From Euglena gracilis (Eukaryota), in contig CP154954.1 in the NCBI GenBank assembly GCA_039621445.1, positions 11,278,716 to 11,342,715 of the forward strand: a stretch of 64,000 nucleotides of DNA, given 5' to 3'. The translations under genes were made by a program, and so were the position numbers. Under the pieces are notes generated by a model, which searched no databases, was not told where the DNA came from, and saw only the letters and a list, made by a program, of their open reading frames with translations. Positions 37,592-50,112 of the stretch are shown here, piece after piece. The number at the start of each line of letters is the position of its first letter. Position 1 is the first letter of the stretch.

Positions 37592-40500
37592 TGGTAGCAG
37601 AGGGGGGTTTGAGCCCTCTGGGCTCACACTAGGTGAGCCTGGGGAACTCCCAGATTACCAAGAGGAGGAAGACGACACCAGCCACAGCCATGGCAGCCCC
37701 AGCCATTACAGCCAGGGCCAACAGCTTCTGGCCATTGCCGGGCATGCCCAGCCGGACCCCCAGCAACCAGAACCATCTGGGTCCGGCATGGCATTGCCCA
37801 GCAGCCTGGGACTGCTCTCTGGCATGCCCAGCCTGGTCATGCCGGAGTTTGTGCATGACATGACCAGGCAGGTCATGTGGCAATTCGCCATGCGGGGGAA
37901 GATCAAAGAAGAAGAGCAGGAACCAGAAGAAGAAGATGAAGAAGAATTTTCAAACCAGACCCAGCCACTCCTACTGCAGGCGGGGCCCTGGCAGAACCCT
38001 GGGGATGCCGGGCCAGCACACGCGCCGGTGGGCCATGTCGGGTCTGAGCATTTCCCAGCCGGACCCGACCATTGCTCGCTGGTGCATGCCGGGCCAGGGC
38101 ATGATGGGCCCCAAGGACATGCCCCAGACGGAACCATTCAATGGCAGCTGCAGGAGCTGCCCCCAGCAGGGGAAATGGTGGAGGACGAGGACCAGACGGC
38201 CCAGGGGGGGTTGGTGCCAGAACAGAGCCCGAAGGGGAGGCACCCCCCGCACCCCCCCCAGAGGCTGTGGGAGGAGGCGGAGGCATAGGCCGCTGCCTCG
38301 GTGGTTTTGGGGCAGGAGATCCAGCGGTTGGACGGTTGGGTTGGCGACCTGCAAAGTCGGCTTGCTGAAGCGGGGGCCACCACAGCTGCTTCAGTTAGCC
38401 GCCTGGAGCAGTTGGTGTCCCTGCAGTTTCAGCGGGTCACGGAAAACTTTCAAGGAGTGGTGGAGCAAATGGAAAGGACCCAGGCTGGGCTAGCGTCCCA
38501 GCTCGCCGAAAACTTTCAGAAACTGCAGGATAAACAAATGCAAAATTTTGCTGGGGGGATGACAGCCCTCAGCGAGCTGGTGACCAGCCGGCTGAGCGAA
38601 GGCCTCGGGACGGTGGCCCAACTAGCCCAGCGGGTCCAGGGGCTCGAGGCCATCGCCAGCCAGGGTCACCAGCCAGCTTAAGGGCAGGGGTTCAACGAGG
38701 CGATGGCTGGGCGGGTGAAAAATTTTGAGGAGCTGCTCATCACCTCCGTCCGGACGACGGAGGAGGTGATGAGGAGCCAGGAGCTGGCCAGCGGGCGGCA
38801 GCAGGCCCAGGCCGAGGCCCTGGACCAAAAATTAAACCAGCTGACGGGTGAACTCGGGGGGCTGCGAGAAAGAAATGCAGGGATTGCACAGGCCCTGCAA
38901 AATTTTCGAGCAGAGCTGGACGGACAGGCCACAGCCATCGCCGAACAACAAGGGACCATAAGGGAAGACATAAGGGAGCTAAGGGCCAGGGCTGAGGGGC
39001 AGGGCCACAGCCTGCAGGAGCTGTGGGCCGAGGTCACCACCCACGGGCAGGTGATCCAGGCCCACAACGCCCTGCTCACGGAGGTGGACTCAACAATGAG
39101 GGGGACACCAAAGGAAAACGCCGAAATAAAGAATCGGCTTTCCGTTTTGGAAAACAAAATCGAAAATTTTGAAAAATTTTGCCCCCCCATCCAGGAGCTA
39201 CCAGGGCCACCCAGAGGAGTGGGGCCGGAGAGCGAGGACCCCCGAGGCCCCGAAGCCAGAGTGCCCCCGGCAAACACAGACCCCCAGACCCAGTCCACGC
39301 CGGGGGCCCAGATGGCCAATGGCTCGGGTGCCGCGGGGGGCGATATGCCTCCTGGCCCCCAGCAACAGCTACCAGCCCATCCCAGTCTGTTGGGAGACAA
39401 GGGGCCTGTGGCCCCCCAGGGGCTCTCTGCTGGCCCCAGCAGCCGGGCAGCGGAGACAGCAGCCCAAACACCCGGGGAAGTGGTATCCCCGGGCCCAGCT
39501 TCTGTGACTGCAGTTTTTCCCAGTGGGTTTTCGGGTTCTGGCCCCAAGAGGGGCAGGGTCCTGTCTCCCAGTGTTGTCCCTGGTTCTTCGGCAGGGGGGA
39601 GGGCAGCACCCCCAGCCAGTGGGGGTCCTTCGGCACCAAGGGGCAGCCAGTCCCAGAGCCCCATGGCTGCGGGGGGCAGCCTGCCCCAGGGCCCCACAGC
39701 TGCGGGGGGCAGCCAGCCCCAGGGTCCCATGGCTGCGGGGGGCAGTCTGGTCCAGGTCCCCGCTGCTGGAGGGACCCCAGCTGCCCAGACACCAGGCATG
39801 TTTGGGTGCCAGGGGGTGGATTGGGAGGAAGCGGAACGCCAGATTAAAGCGCACGGATTATTTAATTTTTGGCCAGGTTGGGAGCACAGGAGCAGCAGCA
39901 ACAGTCTCAGCGAAATTCACGAACGACGGAACAGTCCAGCACAGCGGAACCACAGGCAGCAGGCACAGCAGATCTACAGGGCCAGGGCAGGGATCAACCA
40001 AGGGTGAAATCAGCCGAGCACCAGTGGCCCCCCCAGCCCCGTGGGTTTCCCGCAGGAGGGGAGTTCACGGGGGCAATGGACCCCTTCGCCTGGGCCCCTG
40101 GGGCTGGGGCAGCATCGTGCAGCGCTGCCCCTCTGGCCTTCGGGTCCCAGGACACGGGAGCCTGGGTCCGGGGGGTCCAGGCAGCTCCGGTCCACGTGGT
40201 GCCAGCAGCCCCCAGCCCAGCAGCCAGCATGTTTTTGGGGCCGCTGGCGACACTACTCGCCAAAGACCTTGTAAAACCAGAGCTGAAAGGGGATTTTCAT
40301 GATTTTGCAGTAAAATTTCAGCTTTACATGCAGCAGGTTTCCATGGGACAGCCAGTGGGGCAGGAATTTAAAATGCTTGTTCTGACCGGCTGCCTGGACC
40401 ACAGCAGCCGGCTGGAACTCCAGCGGCGACAGGAGATGGGGGAACGGGTCAGGTTCCAGGATTTCTGGAACTGGCTGGCCCAGAAATACGGCGGTGACAT

Positions 40501-41572
40501 CCAGGCCTCGCTGCATGAGCAGCTCAGGGCCCTCAGGCCGGCAAACGCGGGCAAATTAACCCTCCCAGCGTGGCGTGAATATGAAAGTCAGTTTAAATTA
40601 ATTTTCTGCCGGATGGAAAACCCCTCTGAAGAGGAAGCACAGGCCTTGGTTTTACAGCAGCTCCCGGATTCCATGCGTAGGGCAATAATCAGGGAGCAGA
40701 CCCGAAAAAATCAGGATGCGCCCACAGTGCGGCTGTGGCACATCCCTGGGTTGACGGCGGAAAAGGCAACACAGCTCGCCCAGGAGGCTGTGGGTGAGGG
40801 GGAGCCGGTGACAGTCAGGGCACACCGGGACTCCTTCCTCATCAAGCTCTACAGCCGGCGGGCGCTGGAGAGGCTGATGATGAGGAACGGGGCCACGCTG
40901 CAGGGGGGCAATACAGTGAAAATAACCCCCCACGAAACAAAGCTGGGATTGGAAGAAGTTTTTCGACACGCTGAAAATGAGCTGCGGTGCCAGGAACGGT
41001 CTGACAGCTATGGCCGTTCTTGGGGTGGACGGGGGGTCACAGCCCACCAGGAGGACCACTGGGCTGGGGGCCTTGACAATTTGTTAGTCTCTGAGGTAAA
41101 ATCCCAGGAAGCCAGGCCAGCCCAGCCCCAGAAAACGGTTTCACAGCCAGCTGAGGGAGGAGCAAAGGCAGGACCCCCCAAAGGCCCTGAGGGGCCACAG
41201 GACAGGCAATCACGGCACCGGGGCGGGTCTCCTGGAAAGGGACGGGAGGGACGCAGGTCACCCAGCCCGGGGCAAAAGGGGAAGGGGTTCGGCAAGGGAG
41301 CTGGCAAGGGCTGCTCAGAGTTTCGCCCAGCCAGGTCCCCAACCCCTCACCCAGCCACCAACAGGGAACAAACCCCCCCGAGGAGCCCCCGGAGTGGCCC
41401 CTCGGTGGACCAGCCCTGCAGCCAGTGCGGGGCCACAGATCACTGGTCTCGGGAATGCCCAGGAAAGAAGTGTTATGAGTGCGGGAAAACGGGACATCTG
41501 GCACGACAGTGCTGGTGGAGAAAGGGAAAGGGGAAGGGGGCGTCCACACCCCCACGGCGGGGGAGTGCCTGA
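37509..41572 (+). pseudogene. gag: Very long gag (acidic, coiled-coil, Pro/Gly-rich, capsid-like, two CCHC knuckles)
   Basis: ORFs 37422-38288, 38301-38681 and 38703-40007 share one frame broken by single stops. Frameshift near 39870 into 39869-41572 with CSQCGATDHWSREC and CYECGKTGHLARQC. Start uncertain. Confidence 0.8.
37592..37611 (+). promoter_or_regulatory. Primer binding site, tRNA-iMet
   Basis: TGGTAGCAGAGGGGGGTTTG directly after the LTR. Confidence 0.85.
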
Positions 41573-41859
41573 AAAAGCGGGGGCCAGAAGCGAGGGGACG
41601 GGGGCCCAGGGTGCTCCCAGCACGGCCCTCGGAAGGGGGGTAAGGAACAGGCTCACGGAGAGGGTTGGGTTTTGGTCAAGGGAAGGTCCAAAGGCAGATC
41701 CGGACCTGAACCTGCACGGTCCCCCCAGCCCCCCCTGACTGAGACACGAAAAGGGGCTGGGGGGGCCAGCAGGCCCTCTCATTCGACTCTGCCAACCCCT
41801 GGTCTGCGCTTTTCACCAGTGAGGGCAGCCCAGGGGGGGGCTCGGGTCAGAATTCAGGC

Positions 41860-44800
41860 ATGGGACAAAGGGAGAAGGGACACAAGGCGGCTGGCCCTCC
41901 GCAGCAAGCCGCCCAGGGGTCTTCGGGTTCCAGCACACCCGGTCTACCGCAGATCACAACACCAGGAAGGGAGGGGAAAAACACAAAACAAAAAAATGAA
42001 AAAGAAAAAAACAAAACGCTCTCACAGGCGTCAATCAGGGGGGCAGCGAGGGAGGTCATTAACGTTCCTCAAACCAGCAAAGGCACGGATGAAACCGCCC
42101 CCAGCACGGAAAGGGATTCAGGTTTTTCGATTCGCCAGGTGAGGTGCGTCAGGACCGCACCTTCCACCTCAGCCCCCACGCCACAGCCAGCCCCAGCACC
42201 ACTCCCAGCCCGTTCCTCAGGGTTTGGGAGGTCGCCCTCCTGGTGGATCTCCCAGGACTACCACGTCCGGGAGGAGTACGTCAGGGACGTACTCCGCCGC
42301 CTGGGGGTCCAGCCGGAGGTCGACGCCTTTTCTGCCAAAGAAAACCGCAGGTTTGTCCGCTGGTGGGGGCCAGGGAGTGGGGAAGGGGAAGATGCCTTCA
42401 AACAGGACTGGGGCAGGGAGGTTTTGTGGATCAACCCACCTTATAAAAAAATACAGGAGGTTCTCGAAAAAATCAGGAGGGATCAGGCCCATGCCATCCT
42501 GGTGATCCCCAGGTGGCCGGGGCGGCGTTGGTACAGGGAGGCCAGGGGCTTGGCAGTGCGCCAAGTCACGTTCCCTCAGGGAACACGATTTTTTGGCAGA
42601 GGGGAGGAGTTGTGCCGGGGGACCAAGTGGCCCATCACAGCCTTTTTGCTGTGTGGGCATCCAGACCGGTGCACGCTGGAGGAGGTGACACGAAGGGGGA
42701 GGGAGAAAAAAACCAGGTTCGGGACACATTTTTCAGGGCCACCCCCAGGGACCGGGGGGGCCACAGGGGAGGTCAAGCCGGCACACCTGGGGCAGGTGGG
42801 GAGAGCGGACCAGCCCAGGCGGATGCTGGACCTGTTCTGCGGGACAGGTTCAGTGGGGGACGTCTACCGCAGCCTGGGTTACCAGGTCACGTCGGTGGAC
42901 GTGGACCCCAGGTGGCGGCCAGACATTTGTGTTGACGTCTTAAAATGGAATTTTAAAAAACAGTTCCAGCCTGGGGATTTTGAGGTGGTGGTGTGCGGGG
43001 TCCCCTGCACCGAATTCAGCCTGGCCCTGACCACCAGGGAACGGGATTTAAAATTGGCTGATCGGCTGGTGCAGCGGGCCCTGGCCATCATCAGATACCT
43101 CCGCCCACGGCGGTGGTGGCTGGAAAACCCCCGGTACGGTTACCTGCGGACCCGCAGGTACATGGCAGGGATCCCACACGTGGACGTGGATTACTGCCAG
43201 TACGCTGACTGGGGCTACCAGAAGCCCACCAGGATATGGGGCAGCCCCCATGTCCTGGGTCTCCGGCCACGGGTGTGTGACGGCCGGACCTGCACCAACC
43301 TGGAAAGCCCAGTACCTGAGGGGGGACGAAAGGGACGGCACAAGATTCGGCTCAGCAGCAAACACCAAAACCTGCCCAGGCACCTGAAATATCGGATCCC
43401 AGAGGCGCTCATCCGTGACCTGGCCACAGCACCAGCACCGGAGGCCCACGCTGCCGGGTCTCCGGAGCCAGAGCGGGACCCCCAGACAGAGCGAGGGGTG
43501 CCCTCGGTCTTGCTCCGTGAGGTGGGTCAGGGTGCCAGTGAACGGCAGCTGCTGATGCGGGTGCAGGCCAGGGGGCCAGACGGACAGACCCACTTCATCA
43601 ACGCCCTCATTGACACAGGGGCAGAGGTGAACCTGGTCCGAAGAGGCATGCTACCCAGCACATACCTCCTGCCTGCCCCCAAGCCCCTGTCCCTGGTGAC
43701 GGCTAGTGGAGCCAAGATGGAAGGGGGGGAACGTGAGGCAACCCTGGGCCTGGTCCTCCGGCGGGAGGGGGGCCTGGGTCAGGGGGAAGGGGCCCTGTGG
43801 ACGGCCCCAGCCTCCTTCTATGAGGCAGACATCCACGTGGAGGCCATCATCGGCTTTCCGTGGCTGGAGGAAAACCAGCTCGGGGTGTTTCCACATCTCC
43901 GAGCCTTGGTATTGAGGGGAGAGCAGGTGGTCCTCCTTCGGGGACACGACGCGGAGGGTGAGCAAGTTCAGCCAGCAGCCCACAAAAAGGCACAAAAGCG
44001 AGTGAGATACCTGAAAATGGTGGAAAAAGTCAGAGCACTGCGGCTTGCTTTGCCAGAGGCAGCCCTGGGGGAGGACACCGAGGAGCCTGAGTGGGAGGAA
44101 AACCCCCTGCACGAGGATGAGGCGACCCAGGAGACAGTGGCCAAGGAACTCCTGCGGGCAGCCCGGGAGGTCGAAGCACGGGCAGCCCAAGGGGTCATCC
44201 TTGTTCCCGAAGGGGAACAGGTGACCAGCCAGCGGGCTGAGGAGCTCCGGGCAGCCCTCCGGAGGGACTTCGAGGGGGAGGTTCTCCGAGACAGGATTTG
44301 GGGGGAAAGAATCGTTCGGGGGCCCCTGGGGGAAGGGAAAATCGAATTAAAACCGGGATCTGTGGCAAAGAAACAGAGGCCCATCCACCTGACGGGGGAG
44401 AGGCACAGGGCCTTGTGTGACCTAGTGGATGAGTGGGTTCGGGACAAGAAGGTGGAGGAGGGGGTGCCAAGTGCCTGGAGCAGCCCCACATTCGTGGTGG
44501 CCAAGAAACAGGGGAAGTGGCGTGGGGTTGTGGATTTCCGGGCATTAAACGAGGCCACAGTGACGGATGCTTACCCCCTCCCCAGGATTGAAGACATCCT
44601 GGTGAACCAGGGACGGAGGTACCTGTTCTCCGTCCTTGATCTCAAGGATGCCTTCCATCAGGTGCCCCTGCACGAAGACTCACGCCCATACACCTGCTGC
44701 AGCACCCCCCGAGGGTCCAAGCAGTGGTGTGTGGTCGTGATGGGCCTGAAAAATGGAGTGGCCATTTTTCAGCGGGTGATCGACTACTCGCTGAGGGATG

Positions 44801-47800
44801 TGGCTGATGTCGCCAACCCATATGTTGACGACATCATCGTGGGGACCGAGTGGTGTGGCACGGAGGAAGCTACCCTGGAGGCACACGACCAGGACATAAG
44901 GCGAGTGTTGGGGGCACTGCGGGAACACCGCCTGGTCGTGGACAAAAACAAGTGCCGCTTCTTCGTAAGAGAAGTGGAGTTCTGTGGCCACATCCTGGGG
45001 GGAGGAAAACGGAGGCCAGCCCGGACAAACTCATGGCGCTGGAGAAGTGGGAGGAGCCCCGCACGATCACAGCCCTCAGGGGCTTTCTGGGCTTCACCAA
45101 CTACTACTCCAGCTACGTGAAGGAGTATGCCCGGTATGCAGCCCCCCTGATGGAACTCCTCAAGGTGGGACGTGTGGAAGGGAAAAAAGGCAGCAAAAAA
45201 CCTGTGAAATTCGGCCAAACGGAACGGGAGGCCTTCACCGCCCTGAAGCAGGAGCTCCTCCGGGGATTGGAGCTCCACACCATCAACCCGGACCAGCCAT
45301 TCATTCTCCGGGTTGATGCGAGCGACAAGGCGGTGGGGGCAGCCCTGGAACAGTTTTTGGAGCCAACAGAGGGGATGCCCACAGCCGTGGAAGCCACTAC
45401 ACGGAAAACCGTGCCTGTGGCCTTCTGCTCCAGGAAACTCACGGCTGGACAGGTGAAAAGCTGGTCTCCGCGAGAGAAGGAGACCTACGCCATCATCCTG
45501 GCCCTCCAGAAATGGGCCTCCTACATCGGCCTGCAGCCGGTGTTGGTCCTCACGGACCACAAGTCCCTGGAGGCCTTGGCCAAGGAAACCCTGGACACGC
45601 CCAGCGGACCTGCGGGAAGGCGGGGACGCTGGCATGAAATGTTCTCCCGGTTTGACCTTCACGTGGTCTACATCCCGGGAAAGGAAAACGTGGTGGCGGA
45701 TGCCCTCAGCAGGTGGGCATATCCTGCCTCCAAGGCATTTGCCGACATCAGCCTCCACGGGAGCGAGGAGGATGATGAGGCAATGAGGGCCATGATCGAA
45801 GAAGAACGGAGGGAAGAGCGGGAATGCGGGACACCGCACGGAGGGGAGGAACTCCACGTGGCGGTAACAACACGCAGCGGGAGAGACACATCGCAGGCGG
45901 AACGGGCAGCACAGCACAAACCTGGCCCCAGCCCCACAGAGGGGGAGGGGGCTGAGGATTCAGTGCCAGGGGGCCCTGGCCCTGACCCCACAGGGGGGGA
46001 GGGGCCTGTGGACGCCCCCTCGGGAGATTCGGGTCCCATCCTCGCGGGAGGGGAGGGGCCTGGGGTACCTGGGTTGGACACGCGGGAGACACGAGGTTCC
46101 CCACGTGCCCATCTTTTCGTGGATGAATTCGGGAATGAACAGCCGGCAAGAAGGGGGGGGACCTGAGGAACACCAACCAGGGCGAAGAGTTCTGAGTGAG
46201 GACCTGCAGCCAAACCCCCTCATCGATGATCCCCACGGGGGGGATCTCGGGGAACCTGTGGGGGAACCAATTTCACTTTCTCCAGACACGGGGGTGCACA
46301 CCCAGGAGGAGGTGGAGGAGGATCCCACCATCCCAGTGATGGAAAGGGATTGGTCTCGGGCATACGGGACATGCCCGGTGTGGGGGCCTATTTATGCAAG
46401 TGTGCAGGCCCCTGCGGGAGATTGGCCTGAGGGAGTCCGTTTGTACGGGGACAAAATGTACACGGACGGGCTCCTCTGCGTGCCCACCAGCCTGATGGGG
46501 CTCGTGGTCCGGGCCCACCACGGGGACGCGGGCCACCCGGGAGCCTCCAGGCTCTGGCATCAAATGGGGCGGTGGTACAGGTTCGCAGATCCAAGGGGGG
46601 CAGAGAAAATCACCCAAGGCATCCAGCGGCAATGTGAAATCTGCCAAGCCTGTGACCCCTCTCGAGCACCTTTCAAGTGTGCTCTCGAAGCCACCCCTGT
46701 GCCACCGTTCCTCATGGACAGTGTGGCAGTGGACCTGTTCGCCATGCCTGAGGTGACCCACGAGGGCCAGGTGTATGATTATCTGGCCCTGTGCGTGGAC
46801 CGTGAGAGTGGGTGGACAGTGGCCACCCCCCACAAGTACAAGGGCCTGACAGCTGAGGTGGTGGCCAAGGCCATGTTCCGCCACTGGGACATGTTCGGGG
46901 TGCCCTCTGTGGTGACCTCGGACCGTGGCCCCCACTTCGCTTCGGCTTGGTGGCAAACAACGTGTGCCGCCATGGGGGTGAGGCGTGCCTACAGGCAGGC
47001 CTACCACCACCAGGCCAACGGTCGGGCAGAGGTGGCAGGCCAACGGGTGATGAACACCCTGTCCAAGCTCATCGCTGACCTGTCGGTGAAGGAGGCCTCA
47101 TGGGTGGTGCTGTTACCCAAGGCCCTCCGGCACCTGCACGATGTGCCAGGGGAGTCCGGCTTGTCGCCCTACGAGGTGGTCTTCGGGCGACACCGGCCAC
47201 TCCAAGGCCTGCCCCACCAGCCCCCACGAGAGGCCGAGGGGGCAGCCGACTTCATGGCACGGATGCGGGCTATGGACGAGAAGGTGGCCTCAACCTTGAA
47301 TGCCTTGCACGCCAAACGGTGGGCTTCCATCAACGCCAAGAGAAGGGACCCACCTCCCCTGGAGGTCGGTGCCAAGGTGTGGTACCGTCACGAGACACAT
47401 CCGGGCACGGACAAGTTGGCCACCAAGTGGAAAAGGGGGACTGTGGTGGCCCGCCGGGGTCGCCACTCCTATGTGGTGGAGTTGGCCCCGGGGGCCCGCG
47501 AAAAGACACACCGGAGCCAACTCAAGCTCCACGCGGAGGACGAGTTTTCCACCGACCCCCTCCCACTGTTCTATTTCAACGACAAGGCGGCCCCCCTAGA
47601 GGTGGGACCGGATGAGTGGGTGGTGGAGGAGATTGTGAGCAGCCGGAACCACCCGGAAACGGGGGTCCCGGAATTTCAGGTGAGGTGGAAAAATTGGGAT
47701 CCGACGGATCTCCAATGGCTGCCTTGGTCGGATTTCTTCCCCTCCTACAACGAGGATGTGGTGGATTATTGTGCAGCCAAGGGGATTCCGTTGGAGGTGG

Positions 47801-48471
47801 TGGTATTTCTCCGCCCCGGGAAGAGGGGGGGGCGGGACGGGGTCAATAAGGGGGGAGAGGGGCAGGAGGTGGAGGCGAGGGGACGGCGGGTGCGGGGATT
47901 GTGGTGGTGGCGGAGCACACGCACATCCTTCGCTCTTGTGCGTAGGATGCAGCGCTACGTGCCCCGTCGCCCCTACGTCCCTGGACCTCTCCCCGTCGCC
48001 CCCCCGCCACCATCGGCCGCCGAGGCGGAGGCCGCCCTCCTCACCCTCTTGCCCGCCCCCAAGCGCCCACGCCTGGACACCCCCGCGGAACCTCCCCAGC
48101 CGGCCGACTCCCCCCGACCACCGTCCCCCACACGCCCGGAGGACCTCTGCTCCCTGCTGGCCTACCTCGAGGGGCTGGCGCCGGAGGTGGAGCACCTCCG
48201 GAGCGTGGTGGGGCGGTTGGTGGGCGAGGGAGCGCCGCAGCGGGTGGATGCGGAGGTGCAGGCAGAGGCGCCTGGCGAAGGGGACGACCAGGGGAGCGAG
48301 GAGGAGGCAAGCGAGTCCGGGTCGTTGGACCTCCTCGCCGCGGCTGCCACGGCCGGGGACCCCGAGGCCGAGGACGCCGAGGGGGACCAGGTCGGGGAGC
48401 CCGGCGGGGTGCTCCAACTGCTCCTCGCGGAGTTCGAGCCCTTGTGGCCCGGCTCCGATGAGGACCCCTAA
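41860..48471 (+). CDS. pol: Pol polyprotein: N6-MTase - C5-MTase - protease - RT - RNase H - integrase - chromodomain - C-terminal extension (two apparent frameshifts, near 45020 and 46155)
   Basis: DTG 43612-43620; LDLKDAF; YVDD 44821-44832; RVDASD, EKETYAI, TDH, ADALSR; HHCC, D 46732, D 46921, NGRAE; chromodomain from 47611. Confidence 0.92.
42256..42660 (+). other. Dam-like (DIRS-type) amino-methyltransferase domain in Pol
   Basis: DY...EVDAFS..EN...DAFKQDW...WINPPY (NPPY 42433-42444)...AILVIPRW...WY; colinear with the DIRS MTase in this window. Confidence 0.88.
42823..43425 (+). other. C5-cytosine methyltransferase-like domain in Pol
   Basis: Motif I LDLFCGTG, II SVD, III VDV, IV GVPCTEFS (PC 43003-43008), VI LENP (ENP 43123-43131), VIII-like QKPTRIW, X-like RIPEALIRDL. 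Confidence 0.85.
47611..47780 (+). other. Chromodomain
   Basis: EWVVEEIV...EFQVRWKNW...QWLPWSDF. Confidence 0.8.
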
Positions 48472-50101
48472 GCCCCCCCCCCCGCCGACCCAGACGTAGC
48501 CTGGGCCGGCTTACCTGTGGAGGCTAGCCCACCGGAGGGGGGGGGCAGAAAATGGGGTTGGTGCGGAAAACCTTGGAGGGACCGAGCTGATTTCCTTTGT
48601 TTGTTGTTGTTGTTGTGTTTTGCAGGTTCAATCTCAATTTCAATTTCAGCGAAGTCAACCCACAGTGCCCCTTGGCTACGGGCGAGGGGGCCAGGAGGGG
48701 CGACGGGACGCCCCGGTGGGGCGAGGAGGCCACAGGAGCACACCGGGGGGGGGTCCCAAGGGTTGAGGGGGCCCACAGCCCCCCCAAGGCTGGCCTCGCC
48801 CACCACCCGCGGCCCACATAGCGCCCCGAGGGGCAAGCGCCACACGAGATGAGGCGCCCACGCGCCGCACATGCACCACACCGCACGGTGCGGCGCCCGA
48901 GGGGCCCACAGGGGGTCCACAGGCGCCTGCGGGCCCGAGGGCCAACAGGGCCACGGAGGCCCAACGGGTGCCTCGAGCCCCCGGGTGTGCATTATTTTTT
49001 TCCTGTTTTTTGAGCCCTTCAAGTGTTCGGTCGATCTCCATTTCATTTTCGTGTAGCGTTGTCATTAGGCGGTGGGGGTGCCCGTGGCCAAGTTGGCTCC
49101 GGGGGGGGGGGCACCTGCCCATTTTGTTCAATTTGGTTGGCCACACCCCTCTTCAGCCCACCGTGCCGAGGGAGGGGGGGGGGGCGCCTGCCAATTCTTC
49201 CCGATTTTGACGGTTGGCTACCCCCCTCATCGGCCCACCGCGCCGAAGGAGGGGGGGGGGGCGCCTGCCAATTTTTGACCGTTTTTTTTTACGGTCGTCC
49301 ACACCCCTCCTCGGCCCACAATGCCGGGGGAGGGGGGGGGGCGCCTGCCGCTTTTCCACCAATTTTACCAATTTAAAAAAAATACACCCCGTCGGCCAAT
49401 TTTTGAAGCTAACCACGCCGGGGGGGGCAAACTCCAACCCCCCTCCACACCGGAGAGAGCGGGGGGGGGGGGCAGCCCCCCCCCCCTCTCAAGAGGACGG
49501 GCCCCAGCCAAGGCGGCCCGGCTCGCAACGCGGAGGGGGGGGCAGCCCCGACCCCCTACACGGGGGGGGGGGCAGCCCCCTCCTCCAAGGAACGGGCCCC
49601 ACCCAAGGCGCCTCCCCGGCGCCCCCTCCAGCACGCACCCCTGCCCCAGGGGGCCTTTGGCCCCGGGATACCGGGCAAGGCGGGGCGGCCCTGCTGGGTT
49701 GGTCAAATATTTCCTTCTCAACATGCAGGAGCTTTCCACCCCGGGCCAAGCGGGGCCTGGGGGGGGAATCACAATTACACATTGGCATCGAGTGTTGCGG
49801 GGGGGGGGCATTCCGCCCCTACCCATGGGCCAAGAAGGCTCACGGGACCGGAGGGGGAGCGGAGGGGCCCCAAGCGGTGCCTCCCCGGGTCACGAGCCCG
49901 GAGGCGCCCGTCCCCCTTCTCGCCCTCCCTTGTACCTCCTCCCCGACAGCACGCGCCACACACGGCACGTGGCGCCACCGCTTGTGCGTTTCAACAAGAA
50001 AAAAATACATTTTTTTCGCAGGCCCTAAAGCAAAAAGGGGGGGGAGGGTGGCACCTCGGACCGGCAAAGGAGTCGAATTTAAATTGCACGGCAATTTTTC
50101 T

Positions 50102-50112
50102 GAGGAGGGGAG
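50102..50112 (+). promoter_or_regulatory. Polypurine tract
   Basis: GAGGAGGGGAG immediately before the 3' LTR. Confidence 0.85.

Noticed and set aside
42256-43425. Bacterial restriction-modification locus or contamination
   Set aside because: Both MTases are in frame with retroviral-type PR/RT and lie between matching LTRs; no nuclease partner is seen.
45000-46170. Programmed frameshifts in pol
   Set aside because: Both shifts fall in C or G runs inside or between conserved domains. Single-base mutation or homopolymer sequencing error is more likely.
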